A DNA stretch of 64,000 bases from Bythopirellula sp. (GCA_965216565.1 OZ244170.1:3584001-3648000), one strand, 5' to 3'. Counted from the first letter of the stretch, positions 1 to 10,967 are shown. Made by a program: numbers and translations. Notes: generated from the sequence alone by a model not told the origin.

Positions 1-688
1 GATCATCGAGTCGCCCGAGCACCTTGGCGATCTTACCGACCTATCTGCCGAACATTTGACCACAGTGCTCGCGGTCTATCGCGATCGGGTGATGTTTCAT
101 TTGAAGCAGGACCAGAACAAGCAGATCAGTTTATTCAAGAATGTTGGCTATGCGGCAGGGGCCTCGCTGGAGCATGCGCATAGCCAGCTGATTGCGCTGC
201 CCTATGTGTCTCCAGTTCTCGAAGCTGAGTTAACGGGAACGCAGCAATACCATCAGCAACACGGCAGTTGCCAATTCTGCGATTTGCTAGCAGAAGAACT
301 TGCATCCGGAGAGCGACTTGTCGTCGACGAGGAGCACTTCGCCGTGATCTGTGCCGTGGCCGCGCGTCAACCTTTTGAATTGTGGATCGCACCCAAAGCG
401 CATGCGGCCAACTTCACAACTGCCACGAATGACCATCTGACGCAGCTTGCAAATCTCCTGCAACAGATTCTCAAACGTCTGCAGCATCACTTGAAGCCTC
501 TGTCCTACAACCTTCTGTTGCATACCTCCCCTGCCGGTGAGCAGTACGAGGAGACCTTTCATTGGCATTGGGAATTAATCCCGCGCACAGCCCAGCTGGC
601 TGGCCTGGAATGGGGCAGTGGCGTCTATATCAACTCGCTTTCGCCGGAACGTGCCGCCAAGTTGCTGCGGCAGACCGAAACAGCCTAG
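1..688 (+). CDS. galT: Galactose-1-phosphate uridylyltransferase (GalT/HIT-like), 5' truncated by the window edge
   Basis: FKNVGYAAGASLEHAHSQ (HxHxQ catalytic motif), CQFC zinc site, HWHWELIPR and AGLEWGSGVYIN; the frame is open upstream of 56. Confidence 0.85.
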   Translation, partial: IIESPEHLGDLTDLSAEHLTTVLAVYRDRVMFHLKQDQNKQISLFKNVGYAAGASLEHAHSQLIALPYVSPVLEAELTGTQQYHQQHGSCQFCDLLAEELASGERLVVDEEHFAVICAVAARQPFELWIAPKAHAANFTTATNDHLTQLANLLQQILKRLQHHLKPLSYNLLLHTSPAGEQYEETFHWHWELIPRTAQLAGLEWGSGVYINSLSPERAAKLLRQTETA

Positions 689-984
689 TGAGGCTCGCCC
701 CACGACAGCGAATGTGTCGTTCCTACTAGGAAATCATTCAGAATAGGCGTCCGCACGATATCCCAACGTGCTCTGGTGGTGAAGAGTAACGATCCTGTAG
801 AATAAATGGTCTCAGGAAACCTTCACTTGTGTGCCTGTTACGGGTTCCATTCGTGGCGATCCTGCCAATCATTTCACCGTTTTCTCCGCCAGATGGCTAG
901 TCGTAGTCGGGCTAAATTGCAATCTTGGAAGGAACTGGTTTAACTCCTAGCTATTCACCGACCCGGCCAACCATACCTACTGCT

Positions 985-3168
985 ATGAATCATCCTCTCC
1001 GCCTTGTTCTGGTTTTGCACAACCATCAGCCAATTGGCAACTTTGATGGCGTCTTCGAACAAGCATACCAAGACAGTTATCTGCCGTTTCTGGACGTTTT
1101 CGACCGGTTCGATACTCTACGGATCGCTTTGCATACCAGCGGTTCGTTGATGGAGTGGCTCGACGCCAAACATCCCGAGTATGTCGACCGCCTGGCCGGG
1201 CTGGTGGCCTCGGGAAGAATTGAGATTGTCGGCGGAGCCTACTTCGAGCCAATCTTGGCCATGATCCCCTCACGTGATCGCGTGGGACAAATTTCCTCCT
1301 ACAACGAATGGCTCGAGGCACGACTGGGGGCAAAAGTTCGCGGCATGTGGGTTCCCGAGCGTGTGTGGGAACAATCGATGGCCAGGGACATCGTCGACGC
1401 CGGCATCGGCTACACGATTCTCGACGATTTCCATTTCAAAAATGCGGGCCTCTCCCAAGAACAGCTCCACGGCTACTACGTTACCGAAGACGATAGCCGT
1501 GTACTCAACGTCCTGCCCGGCAGCGAGCGGTTGAGGTATCTAATTCCCTTCCAGGATGCCCACCAAACTATCGATTACCTGCGGTCTGTTGCTGAGCAAC
1601 ACCCGGGGGCGGTGATGGCCTTCGGGGATGATGGCGAAAAGTTTGGTACCTGGCCTGGTACGAAGGAGCACGTTTACAATCATGGCTGGTTGAACAACTT
1701 TTTCGAAGCACTGGTTGCGAACAGCGATTGGCTGAAAGTCACCACTCCCTCGGAAGCCATCGAGAATGTACCCCCACTAGGTAAGCTGTACATTCCCGAA
1801 GGTAGTTATCGGGAAATGACCGAATGGGCTCTACCCGCGGCCAAAATCAACCAGTTCGACGATATGTATCACGATCTCGAACATCAAGGTCAGTGGGAAA
1901 AAGTCGCTCCATTCGTACGCGGAGGTTACTGGCGAAACTTCAAGGTGAAATACCCCGAAACCAACGCCATGTATTGTCGAATGCAGATGGTAAGTCGTCG
2001 CTTGCAGGAGGCGGTCGAAGCCGGCGCCAAAGGCGAACTTATTGATCAAGCACGCTTAGAACTGTATCGAGGACAATGCAATTGCAGCTACTGGCATGGT
2101 GCGTTTGGAGGAGTCTATCTTCCTCACCTCCGGAATGCCGTCTACGAGCATCTGATCGCGGCAGACAATCTGCTTAACCAAGCAGAAGATCGTGGTTGGC
2201 AGCCTGGGCAACAGCCTTGGGTAGAGCTGGAAGCAGATGATTACAATCTGGATGGTCGACCCGAGACGCTGCTGGCCAACAATCGGCTGACCGCGTTGGT
2301 CTCGCCGGTCGAAGGTGGACAGATCTACGAGCTCGATGTCAAATCGATTTGCCATAATCTACAAGCATCGTTGACGCGTCGTCCCGAGGCTTATCACCGT
2401 AAAGTCTTGCAGGGTCCCTCGTCCGATAACGGTGAGGTCGCCAGCATCCACGATCAGGTGGTGTTCAAGCAGGAAGGTCTCAATGAGCGTCTCGATTACG
2501 ACAATTGGGCCCGCAATAGCTTGGTCGATCATTTCTATTCCGCAGATGTTTCCCTAGAACAAATCGCAAATGGTCAGGCCGAAGAGCACGGTGATTTCGT
2601 ACACGGACCCTACGAGGCCAAATTGCGTCGCAACGAGGATCGCGTCCAATTGCAACTCATTCGCACAGGTACTGTTCATGGTCGTGAAATCAAAGTTACC
2701 AAGGGCATCTCTCTGAATGTTGAGGAATCGGCACTAGAGATCGCTTACTTAGTAGAAAACATACCGAACGATGTCACCCTGCATTTAGCACCAGAGTTCA
2801 ACATTGCCGGGCTCCCTTCAGGGGCGGATGATCGATTTTTCCGCGGGGCCGATCAGCAAGCGATGGGCCAATTGGGAACCCAGCTTGATTTGCATGAAAC
2901 AACGGAACTGGGACTCGTGGATCAATGGCTCGGCATCGATGTCGGACTCACATTCAATCGTCCCACTTCGATTTGGACCTATCCGGTCGAAACCGTCAGC
3001 CAATCGGAGGGTGGGTTCGAGCTTGTTCACCAATCGGTAGCCGTGCTGCCGCATTGGGCGCTTGTGCCCGACCTCAATGGTCGCTGGAGCATGACAATGC
3101 AGCTTGCCATTGATACCAGTCTGGCAGAATCGCGAATGGAACAGTTGCCCGAAGTCGCAAGAGTGTAA
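985..3168 (+). CDS. GH57 alpha-amylase/4-alpha-glucanotransferase (DUF1926 C-terminus)
   Basis: HNHQP, GMWVPERVW, GDDGEKFG and QCNCSYWHGAFGGVYLPHLR motifs; ATG at 985 preferred over TTG at 925. Confidence 0.9.
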   Translation: MNHPLRLVLVLHNHQPIGNFDGVFEQAYQDSYLPFLDVFDRFDTLRIALHTSGSLMEWLDAKHPEYVDRLAGLVASGRIEIVGGAYFEPILAMIPSRDRVGQISSYNEWLEARLGAKVRGMWVPERVWEQSMARDIVDAGIGYTILDDFHFKNAGLSQEQLHGYYVTEDDSRVLNVLPGSERLRYLIPFQDAHQTIDYLRSVAEQHPGAVMAFGDDGEKFGTWPGTKEHVYNHGWLNNFFEALVANSDWLKVTTPSEAIENVPPLGKLYIPEGSYREMTEWALPAAKINQFDDMYHDLEHQGQWEKVAPFVRGGYWRNFKVKYPETNAMYCRMQMVSRRLQEAVEAGAKGELIDQARLELYRGQCNCSYWHGAFGGVYLPHLRNAVYEHLIAADNLLNQAEDRGWQPGQQPWVELEADDYNLDGRPETLLANNRLTALVSPVEGGQIYELDVKSICHNLQASLTRRPEAYHRKVLQGPSSDNGEVASIHDQVVFKQEGLNERLDYDNWARNSLVDHFYSADVSLEQIANGQAEEHGDFVHGPYEAKLRRNEDRVQLQLIRTGTVHGREIKVTKGISLNVEESALEIAYLVENIPNDVTLHLAPEFNIAGLPSGADDRFFRGADQQAMGQLGTQLDLHETTELGLVDQWLGIDVGLTFNRPTSIWTYPVETVSQSEGGFELVHQSVAVLPHWALVPDLNGRWSMTMQLAIDTSLAESRMEQLPEVARV

Positions 3169-3176
3169 CTGCCAAC

Positions 3177-3860
3177 TTAAGTACTCGCCGTGGCGAGATC
3201 GTTCCAATTGACCTCGGTTGCGAATTCTTCTGCTTTAAACTCGACTTGCCCCAAGAGGGGCACACTACAGCGACGAGCAATCTCGCCAGCGTTAGTCGCC
3301 AAACTATCGTCGGTCCTGCTGGTAGGTTGATTGAGTACGACTCCAGCGATCGGCAAATCTGGAGCTTTCGTCTGGGCGGTGATCACCGTTTGCAATGTGG
3401 CATTGATCGTACCCAATTCGTTGGCGGAGACAATTACCAGGGGATATCCAAACTCTCTAGCCAGGTCGATGTTGTAATCGTCCCAACTGAGTGGCGACAT
3501 CAGACCTCCGGCGCCCTCAACGATCACCACTTCTGAGAGGTTCCGCCAGTAATCCAATCCGGATCGGAGTAAATCACGGTCAACCTCTTTTCCGGCAGCC
3601 CTCGCGGCTTGCGGTGGTGCCACGGGCAGCTCGAAGCATTGAGGACAGACGCGAGCAAACTCACCCGGCTTCCCAGCCGCTTGCCACAGCAGTTCAGCAT
3701 CTTCTGCGATAAGTCCTGCAGATTCCCGACGACATCCGCTAGCCGCCGGTTTATAAACGCCGACGCGGCATCCTGCGCCGGCCAACTCCCGCGCAATCAA
3801 TGCTGCGACATGAGTCTTGCCGACTTCGGTATTTGTACCGGCGATAAACAGGCCTGCCAC
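3177..3860 (-). CDS. bioD: Dethiobiotin synthase
   Basis: GLFIAGTNTEVGKT, YKPAASG, VEGAGGLMSP and LGTINAT motifs; GTG start at 3860 inferred. Confidence 0.92.
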   Translation of the reverse strand: MAGLFIAGTNTEVGKTHVAALIARELAGAGCRVGVYKPAASGCRRESAGLIAEDAELLWQAAGKPGEFARVCPQCFELPVAPPQAARAAGKEVDRDLLRSGLDYWRNLSEVVIVEGAGGLMSPLSWDDYNIDLAREFGYPLVIVSANELGTINATLQTVITAQTKAPDLPIAGVVLNQPTSRTDDSLATNAGEIARRCSVPLLGQVEFKAEEFATEVNWNDLATAST

Positions 3861-3892
3861 GAAAGAAGTTCCCAGTCCGAAAAGGCCAAAAA

Positions 3893-4759
3893 TTATAGAA
3901 CTAAAAACTCTTCCACAGCTTCGCGCATCGTTTGACGATCTGCCGAGACGCCCGTCCAAGCCTCGAACGCCAAAGCCGTTTGTTCGATTAAGAGCGTCAA
4001 ACCATCGATCGTCGTGCAATCGAGTTCTTGCGCCTCTCGCAACAGAGCCGAGGAGGGCGGATTGTAGACCAAGTCGGCGACAACAGTCTCGCGCGGGATG
4101 GTCGCCAGTTTTATCGGCATTTCATTGGACGATGGTCCTTGTCGGAGAGAACTGGCGTTGATCAACAAACGACACTCTTCGCCAAGATTCAAAGACTCGT
4201 TGCTTGGCTGCGAATGGCAAGTGCAAGATTCCAACGGAGTTTGTTCAACCAAGGTATCTACAAACTCTTTTGCTTCGGCTTGTTGATCAGCATCCTTGCC
4301 AATTAGGAGAACTTCCTTGGCACCCTGCAAGGCGAATTCCGCTGCTAGTACACGTGCCAGCGGGCCAGTCCCCAAGATTGTAACTTGGTTGCCCCGAATA
4401 TCTGTCGATTGCTCAACAAGGTGACTCAGGGCTTTTCCCAGCGTGTTTTCGCCATGCAACTGACCGCCGACCTGCTTAATGCAATTGACCTGCTTGCTGA
4501 GGCGAGCCACCTCCGAAATCTCCTCCAGATAGGGGAGCACGGTCACATCGTGAGGCGGAGTCAGCATGATGCCACGAAAACCGAAAATCCTGGCGCCTCG
4601 CAGTGCCCCTTCAAAATCGAGAGCTGGAATCTGGAATGTCAGGAACCGCCAATCGAGCCGCCCGGCCTCAATCGCCTTTTCCAACATATATTGGGTGGGA
4701 TTTCCAGCCACACGATCGCCCATCAAACAACATACATCTTGCTGGGGCTGATTGGTCAC
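3893..4759 (-). CDS. aroE: Shikimate dehydrogenase
   Basis: MLTPPH, VNCI...GENT, ILGTG, ADLVYNP and IDGLTLLIEQ motifs. Confidence 0.85.
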   Translation of the reverse strand: MTNQPQQDVCCLMGDRVAGNPTQYMLEKAIEAGRLDWRFLTFQIPALDFEGALRGARIFGFRGIMLTPPHDVTVLPYLEEISEVARLSKQVNCIKQVGGQLHGENTLGKALSHLVEQSTDIRGNQVTILGTGPLARVLAAEFALQGAKEVLLIGKDADQQAEAKEFVDTLVEQTPLESCTCHSQPSNESLNLGEECRLLINASSLRQGPSSNEMPIKLATIPRETVVADLVYNPPSSALLREAQELDCTTIDGLTLLIEQTALAFEAWTGVSADRQTMREAVEEFLVL

Positions 4760-4967
4760 CGGTTTGTCCTCAGGAATACTCTTCGATCAAAGCTGCTCAT
4801 GCGACGGCGTATCTGGAAATCCTATTTTGACTGGCTCTAGGTTAGTTTTCAACGGCACCTGAAAACTAGATTCTGCCTGAAAAATATTCCCGTCGTCCTC
4901 TCTGGCAGGCGTAACGTACAATTGCAGAACCACATCGGGCCCGACGTACTCAACTCATATTGCTGCA

Positions 4968-5774
4968 ATGTTGCGACGTAATCCGCTAACTATCCTGCTG
5001 CTGATAGCTACTATTGTAGTCGACATCGTATTTGTGACAGTCCGTTTGCCCGGCGGGCTCGACAAACGGGCGCTATTCGCGGGGCTTCTGTTCGGACAAA
5101 TGGCGGCCTGTGCCATTTGGGCCGCTCGCGGAAGTAGTGGGCACCGTCTGGGGCGGGGCAGTTTGCTCGTGATTGCTGCTTGCTTAATTGGACTAGCCTC
5201 GGGAGGCAGCGCCCTGCTGGGACGCTATCAATGGCTGGCAATCTTAGTCGGCTATACCCTCACCGTATATGGCGCGACTGTTCTGTTAGCCTTCGCACAG
5301 AAATACACCTCCCAGAAATCCGAAGATTCTCCGGCCGAGCCAACCTGGCAAGTCTCGATCATCGAGCTCTTTGGCTGGACGATTTTGGTGGCCATCGCCA
5401 GTTTCGCAGCCCGCTCGATGGAATTTGGTTTTATAAGACTCGACAATCACATCATTGAGAAAGTTGTCTTGCTGTTAGCCTTACCGCTAACCTTGGCTAC
5501 GTTCATTCGCAAAGACCTGGGCGATCTTTCTCAAGGAAAAGCGGCGACAATTGTGCTGGTCGTTCTGACGGTAGTTATCGCCTATCTACTTCGTACAAGA
5601 GATCCCAACATCGCGTTGCCGCTAATTTTCGGACAGGGAGGCTATCTGGTGCTGTGGTTTTTAGTGCTTGGCATGGATCGGCTCGTCCGGCAAGCCCAGG
5701 GTACAGAAGAACAAGTGGCACGGTTCGCTCCTCCTCCGGAACAGGCAGAAGACTCACAGCAACTCGATCCCTGA
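4968..5774 (+). CDS. Hypothetical multi-pass membrane protein
   Basis: 268-aa ORF with many hydrophobic segments and a planctomycete-type WQVSIIELFGWT motif. Confidence 0.7.
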   Translation: MLRRNPLTILLLIATIVVDIVFVTVRLPGGLDKRALFAGLLFGQMAACAIWAARGSSGHRLGRGSLLVIAACLIGLASGGSALLGRYQWLAILVGYTLTVYGATVLLAFAQKYTSQKSEDSPAEPTWQVSIIELFGWTILVAIASFAARSMEFGFIRLDNHIIEKVVLLLALPLTLATFIRKDLGDLSQGKAATIVLVVLTVVIAYLLRTRDPNIALPLIFGQGGYLVLWFLVLGMDRLVRQAQGTEEQVARFAPPPEQAEDSQQLDP

Positions 5775-6593
5775 CGTGCTTGTCTGTTCAACCGTCTTTC
5801 GAGCCTTGATGCGTACATACGGCGCAATCATTTGCGAACGATGGCCGAAAGAGCCCGGTTCGGCCTTGGCATCGGCATGCATCGGTTCAATCAAATCCTC
5901 GATTACAAAGCCGGCTCGGCATATGCCACCGACAATCTGTTCCCAACGGTGCAAGAATTCCAAGGTGCCTTGTTCCCGTAGGCGACAGGGCTCATTGGCC
6001 GGCAAGGGTCCCTCTCGATAATACGTTTGCTGAATTCTATAGTGGCTCCCTTCTAAGCTCGTATCCGATTGCAAGCTGACTGGAGTCTTGTGCTGGCTTA
6101 CGTAGATTCCACCGGGTCGAATCACCGTGGCAACCTGGCAAAACACGGGATCAACATCGGGGACATAGCATGTGCTCACCGGGTGAATCACCACGTCGAA
6201 ACTCGCCGGTGAGAACATACTTAGATTGTCCATCGAGCCCTGAATGACTCGGATATCGTACCCACGCACTTCCGCGACGGTACGATCCAGCGCAAGCATT
6301 CCCGCACTAATGTCAACGACCGTCACACGGGCACCACACGCTGCGTACAAGATACTATGCTTTCCACCTCCGGCAGCTAAGCAAAGAACGTCCGAACCGG
6401 CGATAGAGTTTCCCAGCCACCCAAGCGGATCGACTGTCTTGAGCGGTTCTCTTAAATCTTCGTCTCGCACAGGCTGAGCTAAGGCAGCTTGTTGGCGAGC
6501 CAATTGATCCCACGCCCGCGCATTATGTTCTAGGGTAGCGGCGGTGTTGCGATTAGTACCTGAACTCTTCGGCTCCGCCATGATTTCGACCAA
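5754..6593 (-). CDS. Class I SAM-dependent methyltransferase
   Basis: VLCLAAGGG, VVDIS, FDVVIHPVS and IRPGG motifs. Confidence 0.85.
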   Translation of the reverse strand: MVEIMAEPKSSGTNRNTAATLEHNARAWDQLARQQAALAQPVRDEDLREPLKTVDPLGWLGNSIAGSDVLCLAAGGGKHSILYAACGARVTVVDISAGMLALDRTVAEVRGYDIRVIQGSMDNLSMFSPASFDVVIHPVSTCYVPDVDPVFCQVATVIRPGGIYVSQHKTPVSLQSDTSLEGSHYRIQQTYYREGPLPANEPCRLREQGTLEFLHRWEQIVGGICRAGFVIEDLIEPMHADAKAEPGSFGHRSQMIAPYVRIKARKTVEQTSTSGIELL

Positions 6594-6625
6594 GTACTGG
6601 TTCTCTGGAAACTAATTAATCAGAA

Positions 6626-8062
6626 CTAGCTATCAACGACTAAGATCGTGTCGATCGGATGTTGATCACCTTTTGGCAGGAGAATATTGAAATTACCTGA
6701 GGGTACTTTTTCAAACTCTACCGATTCGCCGGAATCAAAATGTCGTAGCGACTCAGCCTGGAGTTTGCCGGTTCCTGGCAATTCGATCCATCCCTCGTCG
6801 TTGGGTGGTGGCGGATCAAGCAGGTGAAGATAGATTGTGCCGCCGCTCTTGGTGGTCACCCCCCAGTCTTGAGGCGGACAAGGGCCTGCTTCGCTCGCAT
6901 AAACTGTCTTCCCAAACTGATCGAGCCATTTCCCAATAGCTTCTAATCGCTCGGCAAATTCCTCCTGAATAGTTCCGTCCGGGCGAGGGCCCACGTTAAG
7001 CAAGAGATTCGCATTCTGGCCTGCGGCTCGAACCAGGTAGTGAACTAATTGCTTTGGCGTCTTGAACTTTTTGTCATGGACATTGTAGCCCCACGAACCA
7101 TTGATCGTATCGCAAGTTTCCAAGGGCAGACTGCCTATGACAGAATCCTCACTGAATCCGGTCGTGTTCTGCCCCGGCAAATCGCGTTCGAACATCTGAA
7201 AGTCTTCCCCAGGGAAAGGTGCCACATGATGATTGTTCCCAATCAGGCATGTCGGTTGCAGTCGATGAATCAGGCCGTAAGTTTGCCCGAGCCGCCAATC
7301 AATCTGTGTCTCCTTGGGGTCAAAGTTGCCCTGGTTCTCTTTGTTCTCCGGGAGTTTCTTTGATTTCTGGTCCCACCAACCATCGAACCAAATCCCTGCA
7401 ATTTTGCCATACTCTCCGCCGAGTAACTCGGTGAGCTGAGCATCCATGAAATCCAGGTACTTGGAAAAGTCACCCGACTTGGGACGCCCCGAGTGCCGTC
7501 CTGTTTTCCCTCGCGGATAGTAGTCGGGATGTGTCCAGTCGAGATGAGAGTGATAGAAGAACAGCTTCAAACCTTGCTTCTCACACTCCTTAGCCAATGG
7601 CTTGAGTAAATCTTGGCCATAGGGAGTTGCGTCCACGACGTTCCAATCGGTAACGTCCGAGTCCCAAAGTGCAAAGCCATCGTGGTGCTTACTGGTGATG
7701 GTTACATACTTGGCACCAGCACGCTTAAACAGAGATACCCATTCGGCCGGATCGTACTTTACTGGGTTAAACTGTTTTGCATACTTCTTGTACTGGTCGA
7801 CGGTCATCTTTTCGTTGTGCATCACCCATTCACCGCGCTCCAGTCCACTGTAAACTCCCCAGTGAATAAAGATCCCAAATTGATCATCGCGAAAATCTTG
7901 TTGCTCGGCCTGGCGTTGTTCCGACGGCGAGGCCTGCTGCTCTTTCGTGACGCCTACCTCTTGACTCAAGGCAATGCATGAGCCGTTGAGCAGACTAGTA
8001 ACTATCACGCACAGGAACGCGAATGAAACCGCACATTGTTGGCGGGTTGCCAAACCGTTCAT
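6626..8062 (-). CDS. Alpha-L-fucosidase (GH29), secreted
   Basis: FGIFIHWG, TSKHHDGF, GIWFDGWW and NLLLNVGPRPDG motifs; signal peptide. Confidence 0.92.
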   Translation of the reverse strand: MNGLATRQQCAVSFAFLCVIVTSLLNGSCIALSQEVGVTKEQQASPSEQRQAEQQDFRDDQFGIFIHWGVYSGLERGEWVMHNEKMTVDQYKKYAKQFNPVKYDPAEWVSLFKRAGAKYVTITSKHHDGFALWDSDVTDWNVVDATPYGQDLLKPLAKECEKQGLKLFFYHSHLDWTHPDYYPRGKTGRHSGRPKSGDFSKYLDFMDAQLTELLGGEYGKIAGIWFDGWWDQKSKKLPENKENQGNFDPKETQIDWRLGQTYGLIHRLQPTCLIGNNHHVAPFPGEDFQMFERDLPGQNTTGFSEDSVIGSLPLETCDTINGSWGYNVHDKKFKTPKQLVHYLVRAAGQNANLLLNVGPRPDGTIQEEFAERLEAIGKWLDQFGKTVYASEAGPCPPQDWGVTTKSGGTIYLHLLDPPPPNDEGWIELPGTGKLQAESLRHFDSGESVEFEKVPSGNFNILLPKGDQHPIDTILVVDS

Positions 8063-8096
8063 AGAGTCACTCCTGAGTCGGACCGAGTTGGAACCT

Positions 8097-8972
8097 TCAA
8101 CTGATCATCTTACGCCACCGACCTCTGCGGTTGAGGAACATAGTGAAAAAAGTTGCCGACAGAATCAAGGCGTTCGGCTCAGGAACCTTGTTGATCGCTC
8201 CCACAGCATCGAGATCCATGCCACCGGAGCCGGTCGTGTGCCACGTGTCGAGAATAGGATTACCCAGCGAATCTACGACCGAGCCATCTCCCGGAATATC
8301 GACCAGTCGAACGAATTGAATCGCATTCAGATCCACCGAGCCACCCGTGACCAACGGATCGCTGGCCAACTCGCTGAGGTCGAATGGCGTTCCAGTCAAA
8401 GTCAGATTGACTCCGGCAAGATTCTCGATGTTGGTTGTGTTTGCGCCTGCGAAATCTCGCCCAAAGGGGACGTGCAAGTCTCTATCTGGATCGGGATTAT
8501 TGGGATCGGGTTCGATGTTGAGCGAGGTCGCTGGAAAGCGCGCGAAATCTGTTCCGTTCGAAGATACTTCGACAAAGGCCAACTCCGCAAAGACGATGTC
8601 CGGATTGACGTTGGGATCAAACGTAAAATCAAAAGCGTTTTCGAACACAGCGAAGTCAGCACCGGGGCCATCGACGATCGTGGCTTGGAAGCCCACTGTA
8701 ATCGAACCCGGGCCCTCCCCTCCCCCTGTGGGATCGGCAAGATCACCTAGCGAGACGATTACACCATCCGCTGCGCCCAGGCCTTCAGAGGCGTCTCCGA
8801 ACGACCCCAAATCAACTTCGCTCGTGGGCGAGTAATCGACGACCGTCGTGGCCCAAGCGGCAATGCTGGCGGGGTCGACGCCAGCATCGAGGTGGGAATC
8901 AAACGGCCCTGCTTGAGAAACTGCGACGGGAAGGAGAAATGCCAAAAGCGATGTCATTCGGAAACGTTTCAT
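8097..8972 (-). CDS. PEP-CTERM-anchored cell-surface protein, possibly cobalamin-binding (BtuH-like)
   Basis: Signal peptide; VSLG...GSITVGF...DGPGADFAVFENAF, EVSSNG and DLDAV motifs; C-terminal VPEP + TM + basic tail; lies in a B12-riboswitch operon. Confidence 0.7.
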   Translation of the reverse strand: MKRFRMTSLLAFLLPVAVSQAGPFDSHLDAGVDPASIAAWATTVVDYSPTSEVDLGSFGDASEGLGAADGVIVSLGDLADPTGGGEGPGSITVGFQATIVDGPGADFAVFENAFDFTFDPNVNPDIVFAELAFVEVSSNGTDFARFPATSLNIEPDPNNPDPDRDLHVPFGRDFAGANTTNIENLAGVNLTLTGTPFDLSELASDPLVTGGSVDLNAIQFVRLVDIPGDGSVVDSLGNPILDTWHTTGSGGMDLDAVGAINKVPEPNALILSATFFTMFLNRRGRWRKMIS

Positions 8973-9001
8973 TTGCTTGTCCTATCTATGGGTGTTGAAA
9001 T

Positions 9002-10030
9002 TCAAGGGGATGTTCTTCTAAATCTTCCACCCGCCAGTATCAGCCAGCTACTCGCCAGGAAGAAACCTGCAGGTTCGGGGACTACGTTCAAAGTTCCGAC
9101 GGGCAGAGCAACACCCTGTTGCCAGAGCAAAAAATCGAGTCCGCCAACATAGCCATCTTCATCGGCATCTCCGGAGGTGAATGTTGCGCCGGACGTCGTA
9201 CCATAATGCGTTTGCCAGATGTTAAGATCTTGCGAATCAACAATACCGTTGAGATCGAAGTCCCCAGACGTAGCAGCGACCTCCAGTACCAAATCGTCGA
9301 TGGCGACATACGCGGGCGTGTTCATTCCAAAAGAAGGATGCGTATCGCTGGAACTGAGACGGAAATCGAGCCGGGAAACGCCTAAGCCTGACAGTGCTGC
9401 GAGATCCACTTCGGTCCAGTCCTCGAGCAGGTAATCCTCGTTCGGATCGGTAAAGCGGTAATCCGCCAGATAAAACGGGACACTGCCTACAAAGTTGTTG
9501 GCATCGTTATAACCTTCGACCGTGAGCAGAAACCAATCGGGGTCGTTCCCCGACAGACCGCCAAATTTCTTCGCAAAAGTATCGCCGTGCAACATGCTCA
9601 AAGCTGAGTAGGTGGTATTGGTGATTAGCACGCTTGCCGGTTCGGCACCTGCAGGAAGGGAGATCTCGGGCACAATGCCTCCGCCGGCATCGAGGCCACT
9701 GAAAGCCACGCCATACTTGGCCGACCCGTTCGCACCGCCACCCGCGTATGCGCTATATTGATTGCCCGGTCCCGGTGTATTGGGATCGGTCGTTTGCGAA
9801 TAAGCCCAGCCGTTCCAGCAACAGCCACTACCAAAATCGGTGTACAGATTGTTGAACATCGTGCCATAACTGGTGAATCCGCCTTCTTCGTCGGAGCCGT
9901 TGTAGAAGTCTTCGCCAACGAGCGGCAACTCTTCGAAATCGATGGTGACGGTCACGGCCTGGGCAAAGCTGGCCCCCAGCATCAGCAAAACCGCAATCGT
10001 GAGACTGAGGGCATGCTTTTTCATTCCCAC
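9002..10030 (-). CDS. DUF4465 protein with dockerin-like repeat and PEP-CTERM anchor
   Basis: WNGWAYS, NQYSAY, ITNTTY, FAKKFGG, FYLADYR and GMNTPAYVAIDD motifs; GDFDLNG..D/GDADEDG repeat; VPEP. Confidence 0.85.
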   Translation of the reverse strand: MGMKKHALSLTIAVLLMLGASFAQAVTVTIDFEELPLVGEDFYNGSDEEGGFTSYGTMFNNLYTDFGSGCCWNGWAYSQTTDPNTPGPGNQYSAYAGGGANGSAKYGVAFSGLDAGGGIVPEISLPAGAEPASVLITNTTYSALSMLHGDTFAKKFGGLSGNDPDWFLLTVEGYNDANNFVGSVPFYLADYRFTDPNEDYLLEDWTEVDLAALSGLGVSRLDFRLSSSDTHPSFGMNTPAYVAIDDLVLEVAATSGDFDLNGIVDSQDLNIWQTHYGTTSGATFTSGDADEDGYVGGLDFLLWQQGVALPVGTLNVVPEPAGFFLASSWLILAGGRFRRTSP

Positions 10031-10893
10031 CCTCCAATTGCCTCGCCCCCGGCGCGGGAGCAGAGAGCGGCAAGCACTTTCAAGTCGAGATCGTCAGAAA
10101 GAAAATGAACCGAACCGCTGCAAGTCAGCCCTTGCGCACCACCCGGGTGTTCGCTGCGGATGTCGTTTTCGGTTTTGGGATTCGCCTTTTTCGAGTTGAT
10201 TTCGTAGGCCTGAGTCAGAATGTTGCGTCCGTTGATCCATTGTCCGTCGGCAAAGCGAGAATCCTCTGCCACGATCAATGTCGAAACGGTTCCGTCTGTG
10301 ATTTCAGAGACACTGACTTCCCGATCAACTAGCAAGACACCTCGTTGAGGATAGTTAGGTGTGACGGTGTTCTCGCCATTGATACCGGCGTAGTGGGTCG
10401 GACCGCGGCTTACCTCGTCCAACTCCGCGCTGGGGCAGAGGTAAACGGCGACCATCGAGGAAGCAGGCTCTTCGTTCACAGGATGGTCGAACGGTTTGCT
10501 CAAATCGAGGCGATTGTAAAGCGATTGCTGTTCGAGATGAGGGAGCAAATAGGCAGACCAGGCCAGTTGCCGTTGGTCCCTTCCTCCCCAGGGACGCCAT
10601 TCTAAGCAGCCGACCGGATACGCTTCGTGCACATCGTGATACGCAATCAGTGCAAGTCCCAATTGCTTGAGATTGTTCTGGCACTTCACGCGTCGTGCAG
10701 ACTCTCTTGCCGCCTGAACAGCGGGAAGCAGCAGAGAGATAAGCGCGCCAACAATGGCGACGACCACTAGCAATTCGACCAGGGTAAAACCATCTCTAGA
10801 GCTACCGACCCGAAATCGATTCATGCCAAACGCGCTGCACCTTGCGGTGCCACCAGCGCCTCCGCCTTTCATCATTCCCGATTCGATTGCCAC
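10021..10893 (-). CDS. DUF1559 prepilin-type N-terminal cleavage protein (start uncertain, 10824-10893)
   Basis: GFTLVELLVVVAIVGALISLLLPAVQAARESARR..CQNNLKQLGLA, YLCPS and HPGGA..L.CSGSV motifs. Confidence 0.92.
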   Translation of the reverse strand: MAIESGMMKGGGAGGTARCSAFGMNRFRVGSSRDGFTLVELLVVVAIVGALISLLLPAVQAARESARRVKCQNNLKQLGLALIAYHDVHEAYPVGCLEWRPWGGRDQRQLAWSAYLLPHLEQQSLYNRLDLSKPFDHPVNEEPASSMVAVYLCPSAELDEVSRGPTHYAGINGENTVTPNYPQRGVLLVDREVSVSEITDGTVSTLIVAEDSRFADGQWINGRNILTQAYEINSKKANPKTENDIRSEHPGGAQGLTCSGSVHFLSDDLDLKVLAALCSRAGGEAIGGWE

Positions 10894-10967
10894 AGCTCAA
10901 GTAACAGCGTGCCCGTCCAGCACGGCCGAGCAAAGACCTGATAAACCAGTCCTGAGGCAACCAATCG

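Noticed and set aside
6626..8062. Fucosidase as part of the B12 operon
   Set aside because: Co-oriented and only 34 nt away, but there is no functional link; cannot be decided without transcript data
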